The notes under the pieces are model-generated. The model had not been told where the DNA came from. It searched no databases and was given only the letters and a program-made list of their open reading frames with translations. Made by a program: the position numbers and the translations under genes. 64,000 bases of DNA, from contig NW_025766281.1 in the NCBI RefSeq assembly GCF_003918875.1, positions 1,178,001-1,242,000 of the forward strand, in the 5' to 3' direction. Of the stretch, positions 37,886 to 52,200 are shown piece by piece (the first letter of the stretch is position 1; every line of letters begins with the position of its first letter). This stretch comes from Haliotis rubra. Taxonomy: Eukaryota.

Positions 37886-40800
37886 GGACCGGTGAACAAA
37901 TGTAAACAAATGAAGGAATGAGAGATTCATGTTACATAACTGCCCTCTAAACCTGATAGAGTGAGTGAGTGAGTTTGGTGTAAAGAAGATTTGAACAGTT
38001 ATATTACAGCGTCTCAGCTTGATGTGGGTGGAAAATCTGAAGGATGCAGTCCCTAGCCGTGTACCACTTTGATGAAACCCAGACGTACGGGCATGGTGTC
38101 GACAGACTTAAAAACACATAACCCGGGTAACCAATAACAGGATCTTGGCGAGCCCAAGGGACGCAACCGTGCAGAGCGATTTGAATTCGTATGGTAACAC
38201 ATCTCTGATTATGATTGTATTAATATCTAGACCTGGGAAAACGACACTGTCATTTAATTTGAAACGATTTTCTCTGATTTTCTATTCTAATTTGTCAAAT
38301 GAAATCAAACCAGACGCTGATGTCCGAGAACCAATGGAGCTCGTAAAACTTGGCCACTTTTCCAAGCTTGTGACAAAGGTCAAAGCAGTTTGGGTCATTA
38401 AAACTTCGCACGTATCACCTCTTCTCCATCGATCATGAGGCATAGGATATCTCAGTTATGTCATTCTGATCATTATGGTGGAATCTGTTTGACCCTGAGT
38501 TCGGTAGTCCAAGAACTGAGGTCGGTTCAGTCAACAGCATTGCTAGATTCATGTCTGGCAACAGTTGTGTTTCTTCAAATCAAAATCATATATATTCGCT
38601 CGTTAGAGATATTTTTAGTCAACTCTGTAATAAACGTCATCTACCAGACAGCTGTGCATTAATGTCTATACATCTTCATATCAAAATCACATATTTTCGC
38701 TCGTTAGATACATATTGAAACAACTATTTCTATGACAAATGTCACCTGCATGACATCGTGTTTTAATGTCTATAAATGGAGGAATTAGTCTAGTTTTAAT
38801 TAATTGTTTCATCAGTCCATGGAAACCTACAGTACTACATCCCACACTTTCCATCAAAATTATATTTTCGCTCGTTACATCGTTAGAAATATTTTGAAAA
38901 AACTCATTCTATGATTTAAGTCAGCCACTACTAGCCAATCGTGGATAAATGGCCCCGTCATTATTCTGAGACTTGTATGGAAGCACCGGGGAAACCTATA
39001 GCACTACATCCGGGGACGTTAAGCCCCGATTGTCCTTTGATGGCTTGTCTCTCATGTTGCTGATGCTGCGTGGACCATGTTCTCCTACTTGTCTGCCATC
39101 TAAATGTGTTCATTACTGTTTTTGTGATGAGGAGAAACTCGACGACAGTAATTAGACTACGTCTACAGGGCCATGTCACGAGAATTCAATAGACCTGTCT
39201 GTGTGTCCAGCCTCGGTCCTCGTTACAAGTCTCGCGGTGATGGCGAGACGTAGACGATATTTCGTGGATCAGGAAACAATGTAGATACAGTAAGATTGTT
39301 GGTGGAAGAAATCACTGATATGCCTTAATGCAGAGTATAGTTTCATTCACTATTTTTAGTTTTTCTCACAGTTGTTTAATATAACTTTCAATTTAATTTT
39401 CATCATAATATGATTATCCAATGTACGAAATACTTGACCGCTCACTACCTGGCTGACACATGTCATCGTATTCCAATTGTGTAGATCGATGCTCATGCTG
39501 TTGATGACTGGATTGTCTGATCCAGACGCTATTATTTACAGAACACTGTCAAATGGCTGGGATATTGCTGAGTGCGGTGTTAAACAAAAACAAACAAAAA
39601 CATCAGAAAGGACGAAAACAGGTGAGCATAATGAAACCTTTCATGGCTATATTTTGAAAACAGCAGAGTATACAAACTAAAATGTGCACACTAAATACGA
39701 AAAGTAGCACTACACCCAAATGTGTGCACATACAACCCGTATTACCGGACAATCTGTGTTGAGATGCGTTAAAAAAGCTGCCAATAGGCTATTTTTAACA
39801 GTATTCGTTAATGTCATAGTTTTTATGATGTTCATTCATTTGGTTTAGTGTTTGTTGTATTATCCTTGATCTTGATTATCCTTAAAGTTGATGCATTGTA
39901 TATGTATTTCTCCTTGAGAAACAGAAACAGAAATACCCAGAAATCCCACGCGTACCATCCCAAATTGTTTCTTAAAACAAAATTGCCTCAAACCGTAGTG
40001 ATATATCTTTGAGTGTTTCACATAGGAATTTAAAACTGAATATTCATGACTCATTCACAGCAAACGTATATCACATACGAACAAATGCGATTGCATAAAA
40101 AGGTTGCCCTTAGAGGTTTATCTTCTTATCATCTCAAATTAGTTTCAATATTGATTCTCTGTCACTCATTTACGGTAATAATATATACATGTACACATTC
40201 TAAACCCCACCCCACCCCTTCACCACAGACACATTTGTATACTGGTGGACATATGCACCGTCTTTGTAACCACCCGTATGCCTCAGCTGAAACGCACCCC
40301 TTGAACTCAGATCAATCAACAAACCAACGTAGTATGTTCAGAAACGCTGGTTCAAAGAACCTTCTGAAAAGTGATGCTTCTGAAAAACTATTGACCTCGA
40401 GACATCACAGATACAATGTCCTGGTAGTTGTGGACTCTGAAATTGGGCAATCAAAATCTAATCGAAAGCTTTTTATGTTTCAGGGTGTAAGAACCTGAGC
40501 AATGCTACGTTACGACATTGCTGACAGGCCTTTACATGAAGTGGAAACTTGGTACAGCAGCCTCTGGCTTGTCATTACTCCCAAACCACTGAAATACCTC
40601 ACATCTTCCATGACGCCCAGAGCGCCTTTCAAGAACGTATTAGACTATCACTATTAATTACACTGACACATAATAGAGAAGTTGGACCTGTGTAGCATGG
40701 AAATAACCGCATCACTGTAACTCACGAGCTAACAGGGTTTAACGGTTTCAACAGCTCCGTCTTTGTCAAAGAGGAGATCTGTTCAACTTTAGCCTCCTTG

Positions 40801-41203
40801 CATGTCAAAATGAAACATGACCACGAGAAAGAGCATCAGTCTCGATTATATACCTCTGTATCACACGCCTTGGTTTCAAAGGCAACATAGTGGTGACAAC
40901 TACGTGAATTGATCCCTGAAAACACCTGTGATGACACCAGGTGTCTGAGAAAGCATGTCCAGCCCTACCGTTACCACCTTCGGTGCTGAAGGATACCCAA
41001 TGTTGGCTATCGCCAGAAACAATCCTTGTTTGGTGTGAAGGGGATAAGTTGTGGAAATTAACACATAATAAAGGAGTTGGGTCTTTGTAGCATGGAATAA
41101 CCGCAGCACTCGCAACTAAGGAGCTAACAGGGATTAATTTACCTTTGGGTTTAACGGTTTCAATAGCTCCGTGTCTGTTTGTGTAAGCAAAGAGGTGATC
41201 TGT

Positions 41204-41584
41204 GTCACGTCAATCTCCTTGTATGATAAAATAATATCGAGTCACGTCGATCTCCTTGCATGATAATATCATATCGAGTCACGTCAATCTCCTTGCATAA
41301 TAATATCATATCGAGTCACGTCGATCTCCTTGTATGATAATATCCTATCGAGTCACGTCGATCTCCTTGTATGATAAAATCATATCGAGTCACGTCAATC
41401 TCCTTGTATGATAATATCCTACCGAGTCATGTCAATCTCCTTGTATGATAATATCATATCGAGTCACGTCGAGTCGATCTCTCCTTGTATGATAATATCA
41501 AATCGAGTCACGTCAATCTCCTTGCATGATAATATCATATCGAGTCACGTCAATATCCTTGCATGATAATATCCTATCGAGTCA
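41204..41584. repeat. 37-bp minisatellite, about 10 copies
   Basis: Unit GTCACGTCAATCTCCTTGTATGATAATATCATATCGA; the paralog at about 51887-52037 has 4 copies. Confidence 0.95.
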
Positions 41585-41624
41585 AAAAGTACCCAGTATT
41601 GACTTTCCTCTGCAATCAGTTTTT

Positions 41625-41878
41625 GTTTGGTTGGTTGATTCAATGGTTGGTTGGTTGGTGTTTAACGTCACACCCAGCAATATTCCAGCAAAATGGCAGC
41701 GGTCTGTAAATAATCGACTCTGTACCAGACAATCCAGTGATCAACATCATAAACATTGATCTACACAATTGGGATACGATGATATTTGTCAGCCATGTCA
41801 GCGAGCCTGACCACCGATCCCGATAGTCGCCTTTCACGACAAGCGTGAGTTTCGGAAGACCAATTCTAACCCAGTTCT
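41625..41878 (-). mobile_element. SINE-like family B
   Basis: Family B body with a (GGTT)n tail; paralog at about 52065-52325. Confidence 0.8.
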
Positions 41879-44249
41879 TGTAGTTGTGGCAATTATGTGA
41901 ATGGATCACTTCAGATATATGATGTCACGAGGTGTTCGCGATAAGGGTAAGCATGACCTGATCCATTGGTAGCACCCGCCATTAAAACACAATGCCTAAA
42001 ACGCGTTTTGCCTTTCATGCGACATCGGCTTGTGAACAAAACAGACACGTGACCAACAGACCCGATAATCCAGTCAGCTAAAAGCAACGACTCGGTGTCA
42101 TAAATCAAAGCTAACTCTTAATTCATTCGGAAATTGAGCAAGAACTTTAAACACAAGCGTGATTGAGGATGTGTAATTGAGCAATTTGTATTCATTTGAT
42201 AGATAATATTTGTATAAAACACAATTGACTTCGATCTGAACCTGCACCTAAACAAATCAGTCATATAGGATTTATCATTTGATACCATATTGGAAGAAGA
42301 TCGATTTACAGCTTTTACAGAATGCCGTCACTTGGCAGAAATACTGGTGTTCGGCGCCGGGTAGCAAATTCCAACCATTTAGTGCGAATGACGGGTGTTA
42401 CCGGTAGGATAGCAAATGTTTACCCTTTAAGAACACCTGGTGTTGTCGTTGATTTCAAGTAATTTTACAGACATCGCTTGGCAGAAGTACTGTATTCGTC
42501 GCCGGGTTGCAAATATGTACCTTTTAGTGCGAATGGATGTAAGGAAGGGCATGCTTTCTCTTTTGGCGAACACCCGGTGTTATCAGTGATCCGTTCAGGT
42601 AATGTTTACAGCTAATTTGCCCGTTACACCGGAATCGTTTTTGGAGAATAGTCAAGACTGGGTATTTATTTGCACTGATGTTTCCTATATAAATTGCAAT
42701 GTTCAATATTGAAATGTTAATGTGTATATAGGTTTCCGTGGTGAGCCCCTGGATCATGGGCCAATCCAGGGAGCAATTAGCTGTGGTGTGAAGGTTAACA
42801 TTGGTCTTCCAAATGTGTCGTGCCCAACAAATTTTCCTACCAAGACCAATTTTTCTTTGGCCAACACATACCGTCTTTTCGCTAATAAGTATTCATGAAT
42901 ACATGACACGTTTGTATGAATTGCAACTTATTTAAATCTTTTATACAACGTTTTAGAGCTAATTCTTGCTCCTTCATCGGATGAATGCCGAGTCAGTGCA
43001 AAAGGTGAATATATATATCTATAGATACAACATGTTTACAATATAGCGCACGGTGGGAGAATGTACACAGATGCATGCGGTTACGTATTTGTAACCAGTT
43101 TCCAAAAAGTTCCTGCCGAAAAATAGAGACTAGGCACTTAATATTAAGCTGCAGTCACTAAAACCATTGACAACGGACTTTTCTAAGCTTCTATGTTTTA
43201 ACCAAATTGTTATGTAATCTAAAACCGGCACTAATTGTATTGAACTTAGCTTCGTAAGCTGCTTATTGGAGGCCGGCGCCCTGTAAAGATCTGGCGCTCA
43301 TTGGAGGAAATGCGGTAGATTAATGTCTCGTCGATATACGCCGCTACAAGAAATATCATTGTTTTAGTGGTGTTTTATGATTTAAATCCCCAAGAAACAT
43401 TCATCGTAGAACAATCAGTGCACAATGCTCACACTGACAAGTAATCCGTAGAACAAGCACTCAGTGGTTGTTGCCGTATTAAATACACCAGATCGATGTG
43501 AACTGGTAGAGATTAGCTGCAGATAGGAATGAGTGAGTGTGTGAGTTTAGTTTTACGCTGCTTTTAACAATATTCCAGCAATATCACGTCAGAGGACACC
43601 AGAAATGGACTTCACACATTGTGCCTATGTGGGGAATCGAACCCGGCACTCAGTACTATTTCTGGCAACAAGAGAAACCAGTGTTTAATATTATGAGCAA
43701 CTCCTGCAGTAGGGGCACGATGACATACAATGAACCAGGTCTCCAAACCTTAACGACCAGTTCGAACCAGGATTCCTACAGGATGCCGATGTTCAGTAAG
43801 TAGGCAAAAAGGACAAGTGATTCTCCTGGAAACTGTTGTAATAGGCACCATAAATATTCTATTGATGTATTCGTAGATATGGGCACTATAGAGGCATTCA
43901 TGTACATGGGCAGTATATAAAGTATTTGAAGACACTGGCACTTGAAACAGAGGTATTCGTAAATAGGGACACATTTGAGGTATCATCTGATGTTACACTA
44001 ATAATTGTCAGGTTATTATCATATAATCGTGGCATAACCATGATACAACCCTGATTGGACAAATATGTACAAAACATAACTTGAGTTGTTTTAGAATTCA
44101 ATTATGAGTTGGACCAATCACAGCAATAGTTTCAGCATCTGCCTGAGGGTTTCATTCAGAATACGTATGATATCAACTTTCTATGAGTGAAACTGATGAC
44201 AGTTGAAGACACACACAATTGCATCATCTTTCTTTGATTTGTCTTACAG

Positions 44250-44359
44250 CTGAGGAATATCGATCCACTGGTGCCAGTTCCGGATGCACTTTGGCGATTA
44301 CTCACAGCAGTCTGGTACAGTGGAACCAGTGACAGAAACTGCACATAAGATCCTGGACT
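44250..44359 (-). pseudogene. Candidate orphan exon, duplicated at about 54932-55041
   Basis: Acceptor ttgtctcgttcag, open frame PGSYVQFLSLVPLYQTAVSNRQSASGTGTSGSIFLS, donor T|GTAAGA. Three of six differences from the paralog are synonymous. No family recognised. Confidence 0.35.
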
Positions 44360-44425
44360 GAACGAGACAATAAGTGTAGGATTCCTATCTGGCGTCAGTG
44401 CCAGTCATCGTTTACAGACAGACAC

Positions 44426-44781
44426 TATACATATTGTAGTATACAATTATAGACTCTTGTAGAGGTCGATATCGGTTTTTCTCAAGTCAATAAAAACCGA
44501 TATCGACCTCTACAAGAGTCTATAATTGTTTTATTATATAATGAAAGAGAAACGGGTTTTAACATAAACTTTTAATGCACACACTGTGCCATCTATCCGA
44601 GTGATCTGATTGGCTGAAAAGCGGGGGAAGCCCCTTCGTACGGGATTCCTTGTCTATTTTTAGTAACCCAAGTCAATATCGTAATTGATCAGAAAACTCA
44701 AGTCAATATCGTGTTTTGTAGTCAATCATGTGACGGTCTTTTGACCAATCGTCGTACAGGAAAAATACTACCTATATAGTA
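44426..44781. mobile_element. About 355-bp insertion containing a perfect 38-bp hairpin
   Basis: Absent from the paralogous site at about 55105. Arms 44443-44480 and 44492-44529; internal CTGATTGGCT and GACCAATC motifs. Confidence 0.7.
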
Positions 44782-45252
44782 ATTTCTTTTATTGGATTCG
44801 GTTCCTCCGTTAACGATGTAGGATACTTGAAACATTCATCGGATAAATACATGTACTTCATTATCCTACAACTTTCCAAATTTACTTTTTATTGCTTTTT
44901 TAGAACCTCCATTATATGACATGTCCTGTTTGCACACCATCTGTCAGTAAACATAAAAGCATATTTTGTTTTAAATATTATGTGTAAAACATGTTTTATA
45001 GGCACAATATTTATTCTATAGAAACAACTTGAAGGTGATACCATCAGTCATGTTAACCTTGGTATCATTTTCTATGCGAATGTGATTTTGTGTGGTTATC
45101 TCTTGGGGATGGTTAATATCCAACTGTTTCAATATTCAATTGATTTAACACCCCACTGACGACAGTCAGGAATACATATGTTATCTCTTCTCCTTATGTA
45201 ATTTGAATATTTAATCTCTTATGAGAAATGCTGATTAACAATTTTATTTATT

Positions 45253-45427
45253 NNNNNNNNNNNNNNNNNNNNNNNNNNNNNNNNNNNNNNNNNNNNNNNN
45301 NNNNNNNNNNNNNNNNNNNNNNNNNNNNNNNNNNNNNNNNNNNNNNNNNNNNNNNNNNNNNNNNNNNNNNNNNNNNNNNNNNNNNNNNNNNNNNNNNNNN
45401 NNNNNNNNNNNNNNNNNNNNNNNNNNN
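45253..45427. other. Assembly gap
   Basis: Run of N. Confidence 1.
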
Positions 45428-48400
45428 ATGTTGTCTAAGGTGCTGATCTTCGGAGTGAAGAGTTGAGTCCATTTGGCGTGCCGCAAAACAATGATTGTGG
45501 GTTCGAATCCGGTTTGCCATATTTTCAACCACTTACCTCCTGGGTTCATGAAGGTTGGTAAATGTCGAACAACTACAACACTGGGCGATTTCACTGATGT
45601 AACTGAAATACTGTTCATTGCGGGGTCAAAACCCAACTCACTAACTCAACTACGCATTCCTTCTGTTGATACGCCCAGCTCATACCTCCAGCTCATGAAT
45701 CAACAGACAGCCCGTCTTGAAGTAGATGTAATGCCTTTATGTACACAGAAAACAGAACCAAGATCCTCAAGTAGTTTCTTCAGCAGGACAATATAATTCA
45801 CCACAGTAATTCATCAATTCATCAATAACATTTGTGTTTTATTTATGTCATAGAGTTTATCACCGTCAAATGCATGCCAAACAAAACGAAATTTCTTCTC
45901 TGCATTTCCAACGATGGATTTTACAAGTGCTTTTAGTTGTGTTCTTCAATAATGTTATCAATTATACATTATTTATCTGCACAAGAAATACTATTAATAT
46001 ACCAAATTACACAAATATGATATGATAATGTCTGTAGAAAACATGGAACTTGATGCACACGGGCAATGTTTGTTAAGAACCAACTTTGAATTCCAAAACT
46101 ACTAGTTGACCCCTTTGTAACAAAAGCAATATGGACCAATGGCCTTCATGCTGAAAAAGATGATGATGATGATGATGATCAGGACTACGATGTTGGTGGT
46201 AGTGATGATGACGATGATATCGATGGCCACGCAACTATACAAGTGGTGGTGATGATGATGATGAGAATGATGATGTCAATGATGAAGATGATGTATCTCG
46301 CCTGAAAACACTTCACAAAAATTTGACATTAATATAACATCATCTGGCACAATAATACATTACAGCTTCTTCAGCTTGACCTGATCAAGTGAATACTAAT
46401 GAATTGCGTGACCGTGTCACAACTAGCTGGGTCTATTATTGTGAAGGGGTGCACCTTTGTCAGATGATTGGTGTAAACGAGTGGACTGATTGTTGTGCCC
46501 ATGGTGAAAATTTGGAAAGCGACTACTGGGACAGAAATATTGCAGTTGAACATGAAATAGAAAAGTAATAATTGAACTGGGTGTAGAGAGTGATAGCGAG
46601 AGTGATAGCGAGAGTGAATCGGATTGTAAAAGTAACTGACGTCTGTAAGTTGTAAAGTAAGCCAACCCAACTAGAAAGCATTGTGCCATTTGACCTCCCG
46701 GGTCATGCATATGTAGAGTAGCTCAGTTCAGGCTGAACAAGCTGTAGGTTTAATATCCATGTAACGTTTTATTTTTCTCTTTCCAAGGTAAAATATAGAT
46801 ATTTATCAAGTTGTCCGTAATACTCCTTATCATGTTAATCTGTCATAGTAGTCAGTTGCAACCAATATCATGTCGTGATTAATGACACTGACGTGAGACA
46901 TGAAAGAATGTTACTATCACGTTTTAATGGAGCTGACATGCATTCCTCATTTAATGGGAATGCCAACAGTAACATTACACTGTGGCTTTTATCTCATTCT
47001 GTTTTAGGAATGTGAATATTTTATCCGACACAATTATGACATCAATTACAGTCACGTGTCAGACAATCCATCAACTGACTGTTTGTGTTGGCAAGAGGTG
47101 TTCGTTTGATGCCAGTCTGGATAACATTGTTCACGGAATGCTGGTCGTTAATTAAACACTGAGGAACTAAAACAAATCCGGCAGGGTTGGGTCTTTCATC
47201 AATGGCTGTGATTCTCAGACTATGTCAATTTTAATGTGTTATTGACTGCTGGTGTACTTTGCACGAATTAATCTACTAAAGCGCATGGAGTTAAAAACTG
47301 ACACAACACGAATCACGCTGCTTAACAGGTACAATTAAAATCTATCAACACAGACTCTATCCGGAGACTGTTTGATATCAGTGGGTTGCACATGTTTGAA
47401 AAACACCGCCATTAAACTTTTAAAGGCTCTATTGAGGGGCTTTCATACATGCATTCAGTTGGTTGTGTGTGTCACGCGACGTTACTTGAAGGTACTTCAT
47501 CAGGGACAACTTGCGTACCTCATCACCGGGTTACTTCGTTTACAAACATAGTAGTTCACGTTACGCAGTCAGCATGCACTCGACTGTTATATCGATTTTC
47601 TTTTTAAACTTCCTTTTGAGTATATCACCCACGATGTCTGTCTAGAAAACCCGTGAAGATCCGGGTTAGAGTTCAGTAACCCACGCTTGTCGTAAGAGGT
47701 GACTGACGGGATCGGATGGTCAGGGTCGCTGACTTGGTTGACACATGTCATCAAATACCAATTACGTATATCGATGGTCATGTTGTTGATCACTGGATTG
47801 TCTGTTCAAGGCATAATTATTTTCAGACAGCCGCATATATCATGTGTTCGAAACGTTACACTATTTTGCCAGGAGGTTAACCCTGACATTATCACCTCAA
47901 CCTGTCGGGTACCCATTCACTGCTGGGTGACCAGAGGCATATATGTAACTATGATATTTGCCCATTTTGTTGGTTCATTAGTCATATATCATATTCCATC
48001 CCCCTACGGAAGAGGAACAACGTTGGCAGTCTGGTAAACGTTCGCTCGTTACTCTAAAACAAGGTTTGATACCTCACATGGGATTAATGGATGCTCTCCG
48101 ACGTGATGTGTCTGAAAATGTGCGGAAAGTGTCACATTATTATACTCTTTCAATCACTGCTCCTTGAACTCCAGGCACGACAGCGGGTGTCTTCATGATC
48201 ATATTCATGGATGTCTGCTCACAAGTATTCACGCATGAAAGCAGACCCGGTGTTTAAAACATTGTTTACTTGCGCCAGAAATGAATATCACACATATGTA
48301 CACAGTTCATGAAAAATGCGCTACTGGACACTCAGCTCATAAACTAATTTTACTCAAAGAACAATATTCACACAAACTTCTTCCCGTCCTACGGTCCGAG

Positions 48401-48584
48401 ACTGAGTGCATTTATAACATTAAATATCTAAATGGACACGACATTGCTACAAAATATCATGTCGAAACAATTGACACTCTTCATTTTCATACACACGCAA
48501 AATACTGGACAGGTTCAATTGATTTGACATTTGGAATTTTAATTTAAAAAATCCCAAACCCCCAAAACTAAAAAAACCATGAAA

Positions 48585-49202
48585 CTAAAATCCCATCTTG
48601 ACCTCGCATAATGGCGAATGACTGAGGCTGGAACCAACATGGAGAGGTGGCGCTGTCCGAATCACGTGTTGTCACAGTATATCTGTTATTGAAAACGAGG
48701 CTCTTGGACGGTCTGGTTGCAAGGTGTCTGGTATTCGGCCTTTCAACACAAACAATCTCCTCCCCTCTCTCCATGTCACTCTCATTTACTTGATGAGAGT
48801 TGTCTCCCTTTGAAGAGTTATTTCCCTTACTTGACACATTGTTCTTCCTTTGTTCCGACAAATAACTTTGTGAGTAAATGTTGCCGACCTTGGTGTAACT
48901 GGTATGGAAGCAGTCTTCCCGACTCCGCTTCCAAGAGATTTTGCCCTCGGAAAATTTGGGATTTCGTTCCCAAATCGATCTATGCTCGTTGCTGAAGCAT
49001 CAGTGGAAGTCTTTTTCTTCTGACTGGTTTCTAGGATAGGTTGTAATGGCGGCTTTGAGGCGGAGGGTTCCTCTTTGGGGTTCAAAACAGGCTGGGTGTT
49101 GGTTGAAGAAGGGGTGTTGATTTTAATCTCTTCCTCTGTGGGTGTTTCAGACGGAGTCGTCTTTTTCGTTCGGTTTCTCTTGTTCCGGACAAGTCTGAAA
49201 AA
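48585..49202 (-). pseudogene. Second truncated paralog of the Sushi-TM gene last exon
   Basis: Same 5' breakpoint as 36242. It has a private 4-bp deletion (TGAGTAAATG) and a deletion after GGAACCAAC, causing frameshifts. Confidence 0.9.
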
Positions 49203-52200
49203 TGTCTTTATCACTTTATCATAAGGTAGATGGCGTTAGGGGGATGTGTGATGTGTTTTATATTAACTAGAATGTAGATTGCTACGTGACGTGACTTGTT
49301 GATTAACGCAGCAATCGGCAACTGACCAACTATATGATGGCTGTAAATACTCGTGTCAGGACCAGACAATCCTGTGCCTGACGTCATGAACATGGGGCTA
49401 TCAATGATATTTTTAGGCAACTCATACGACCTACAAGGGTTGATAAAGACCAATTTTATCCCATATATATATATACCAAAGCTGCGTGACGAAATGTGAA
49501 ATAAGTGATTTCTTAATAAGTGAATACGAAATTATGTCATTATAATCATTATGGTGGAATCTGTTTGACCCTGAGTTCGGTAGTCCAAGAACTGAGGTCG
49601 GTTCAGTCAACAGCATTGCTAGATTCATGTCTGGCAACAGTTGTGTTTCTTCAAATCAAAATCATATATATTCGCTCGTTAGAGATATTATTAGTCAACT
49701 CTGTAATAAACGTCATCTACCAGACAGCTGTGCATTAATGCCTATACATCTTCATATCAAAATCACATATTTTCGCTCGTTAGATACATTTTGAAACAAC
49801 TGTTTCTGTGACAAATGTCACCTGCATGAAATCGTGTTTTAATGTCTATAAATGGAGGAATTAGTCGAGCAATTAGTTGAGCAATGTTCTCCTACTTGTC
49901 TGCCATCTAAATGTGTTCATTACTGTTTTTATGATGAGGAGTAACTCGACGACAGTAATTAGACGACCCCTACAGGGCGATGTCACGAGAATTTAATAGA
50001 CCTGTCTGTGTGTCTAGCCTCGGTCCTCATTACAAGTCTCGCGGTGATGACGAGACGTAGACGATATTTCGTGGATCAGGAAGTAATGTTGATACAGTAA
50101 GATTGTTGGTTGAACAAATCACTGATATGCCTTTCATTCACCATCTTTAGCTTTTCTCACAGTTGTTTAATATAAGTTTCAATTTAATTTTCATCATAAC
50201 ATGATTAACCAATATTCGAAATACTTGACCGCTTACTACCTGGCTGACACATGACATCGTATTCCAATTGCGATGCTCATGCTGTTGATGACTGGATTGT
50301 CTGATCCAGACGCTATTATTTACAGAACACTGTCAAATAGCTGGGATATTGCTGAGTGTGGTGTTAAACAACAAACAACAAACAAAAACATCAGAAAGGA
50401 CGAAAACAGGTGAGCATAATGAAACCTTTCATGGCTATATTTTGAAAACAGCAGAGTATACCAACTAAAATGTGCACACTAAATACGAAAAGTAGCACTA
50501 CACCCAAATGTGTGCACATACAACCCGTATTACCGGAAAATCTGTGTTGAGATGCGTTAAAAAAGGTGCCAATAGGTTATTTTAACAGTATTCGGTAATG
50601 GCATTAGCTTTATGATGTTCTATCATTTGGTTAAGTATTTTTTGTATTATCCTTGATCTTGATTATCTTGATTATCCTTAAAGTTGATGCATTGAATATG
50701 TATTTCTTCTTGAGAAACATTTATTAAAGAAAAAAAAAGAAATACCCTGAAATCATATACGCGTACCATCCCAGTTTGTTTCTTAAAACAAAATTGCCTC
50801 AAACCGTAGTGATATGTCTTTGAAGTGTTTCACATAGGAATTTGAAAATGAATATTCACGACTCATTTACAGCAAACGTATATCACATACGAACGAATGC
50901 GATTGCATAAAAAGGTTGCCCTTAGAGGTTTATCTTCTTATCATCTCAAATTAGTTTCAATATTGATTCTCTGTCACTCATTTACGGTAATAATATATAC
51001 ATGTACACATTCTAAAAACCCACCCCCACCACCAACACCACAGACACATTTGTATACTGGTGGACATATGCACCGTCTTTTTGTAAAATGCCTCAAGACC
51101 ACCCGTGTGATAGTAAGATTGCCGCTGATGTATTTTTCCTGGGTGTAGCTGAGACACGTTAGTCGTTTTAACCCTTGAACTCAGCATCAATCAACACACC
51201 AGCGCTACCAGGGTATGTTCAGAAAACGCTGGTTCAAAGAACCTTTCCAGATGAAAGTCTGAGTGATGCTTCTGAAAAACTATTGACCTCGAGACATCAC
51301 AACTGGTAGTTGTGGACTCTGAAATTGGGCAATCAAAATCTAATCGATAGCTTTTTATGTTTCAGGGTGTAAGAACCTGAGCAATGCTACGTTACGACAT
51401 TGCTGACAGGCCTTTACATGAAGTGGAAACTTGGTACAGCAGCCTCTGGCTTGTCATTACTCCCAAACCACTGAAATACCTCACATCTTCCATGACGCCC
51501 AGAGCGCCTTTCAAGAACGTATTAGACTATCACTATTAATTACACTGACATATAATAGAGAAGTTGGACCTGTGTAGCAATGGAAATAACCGCATCACTG
51601 TAACTCACGAGCTAACAGGGTTTAACGGTTTCAACAGCCCTGTCTTCGTCAAAGAGGAGATCTGTATAACTTGAGCCTCCTTGCATGTCAAAATGAAACA
51701 TGCCACGAGAAAGAGCATCAGTCTCGATTATATACCGCTGTATCACATAATAAAGGAGTTGGGTCTTTGTAGCAAGGAAATAACCGCAGCACTCGCAACT
51801 CACGAGCTAACAGGGATTAATTTACCTTTGGGTTTAACGGTTTCAATAGCCCCGTGTCTGTTTTTGTAATCAAAGAGGTGATCTGTGTCACGTCAATCTC
51901 CTTGCATGATAATATCATATCGAGTCACGTCAATCTCCTTGTATGATAATATCATATCGAGTCACGTCAATCTCCTTGTATGATAATATCATATCGAGTC
52001 ACGTCGATCTCCTTGCATGATAATATTATATCGAGTCAAAAAGGACCCAGTCTTGACTTTTGTTTGGTTGATTTGGTTGCTTGGTTCAATGGTTGGTTGG
52101 TTGGTGTTTAACGCCACACCCAGCAATATTCCAGCAAAATGGCAGCGGTCTGTAAATAATCGAGTCTGTACCAGACAATCCAGTGATCAACATCATAAAC

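Larger units (their letters stand above)
32040..45019 (+). repeat. Segmental duplication unit 1
   Basis: 32040-36720 parallels 45020-49505 and 55340-61450; 38450-45019 parallels 49530-55335. Confidence 0.9.
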
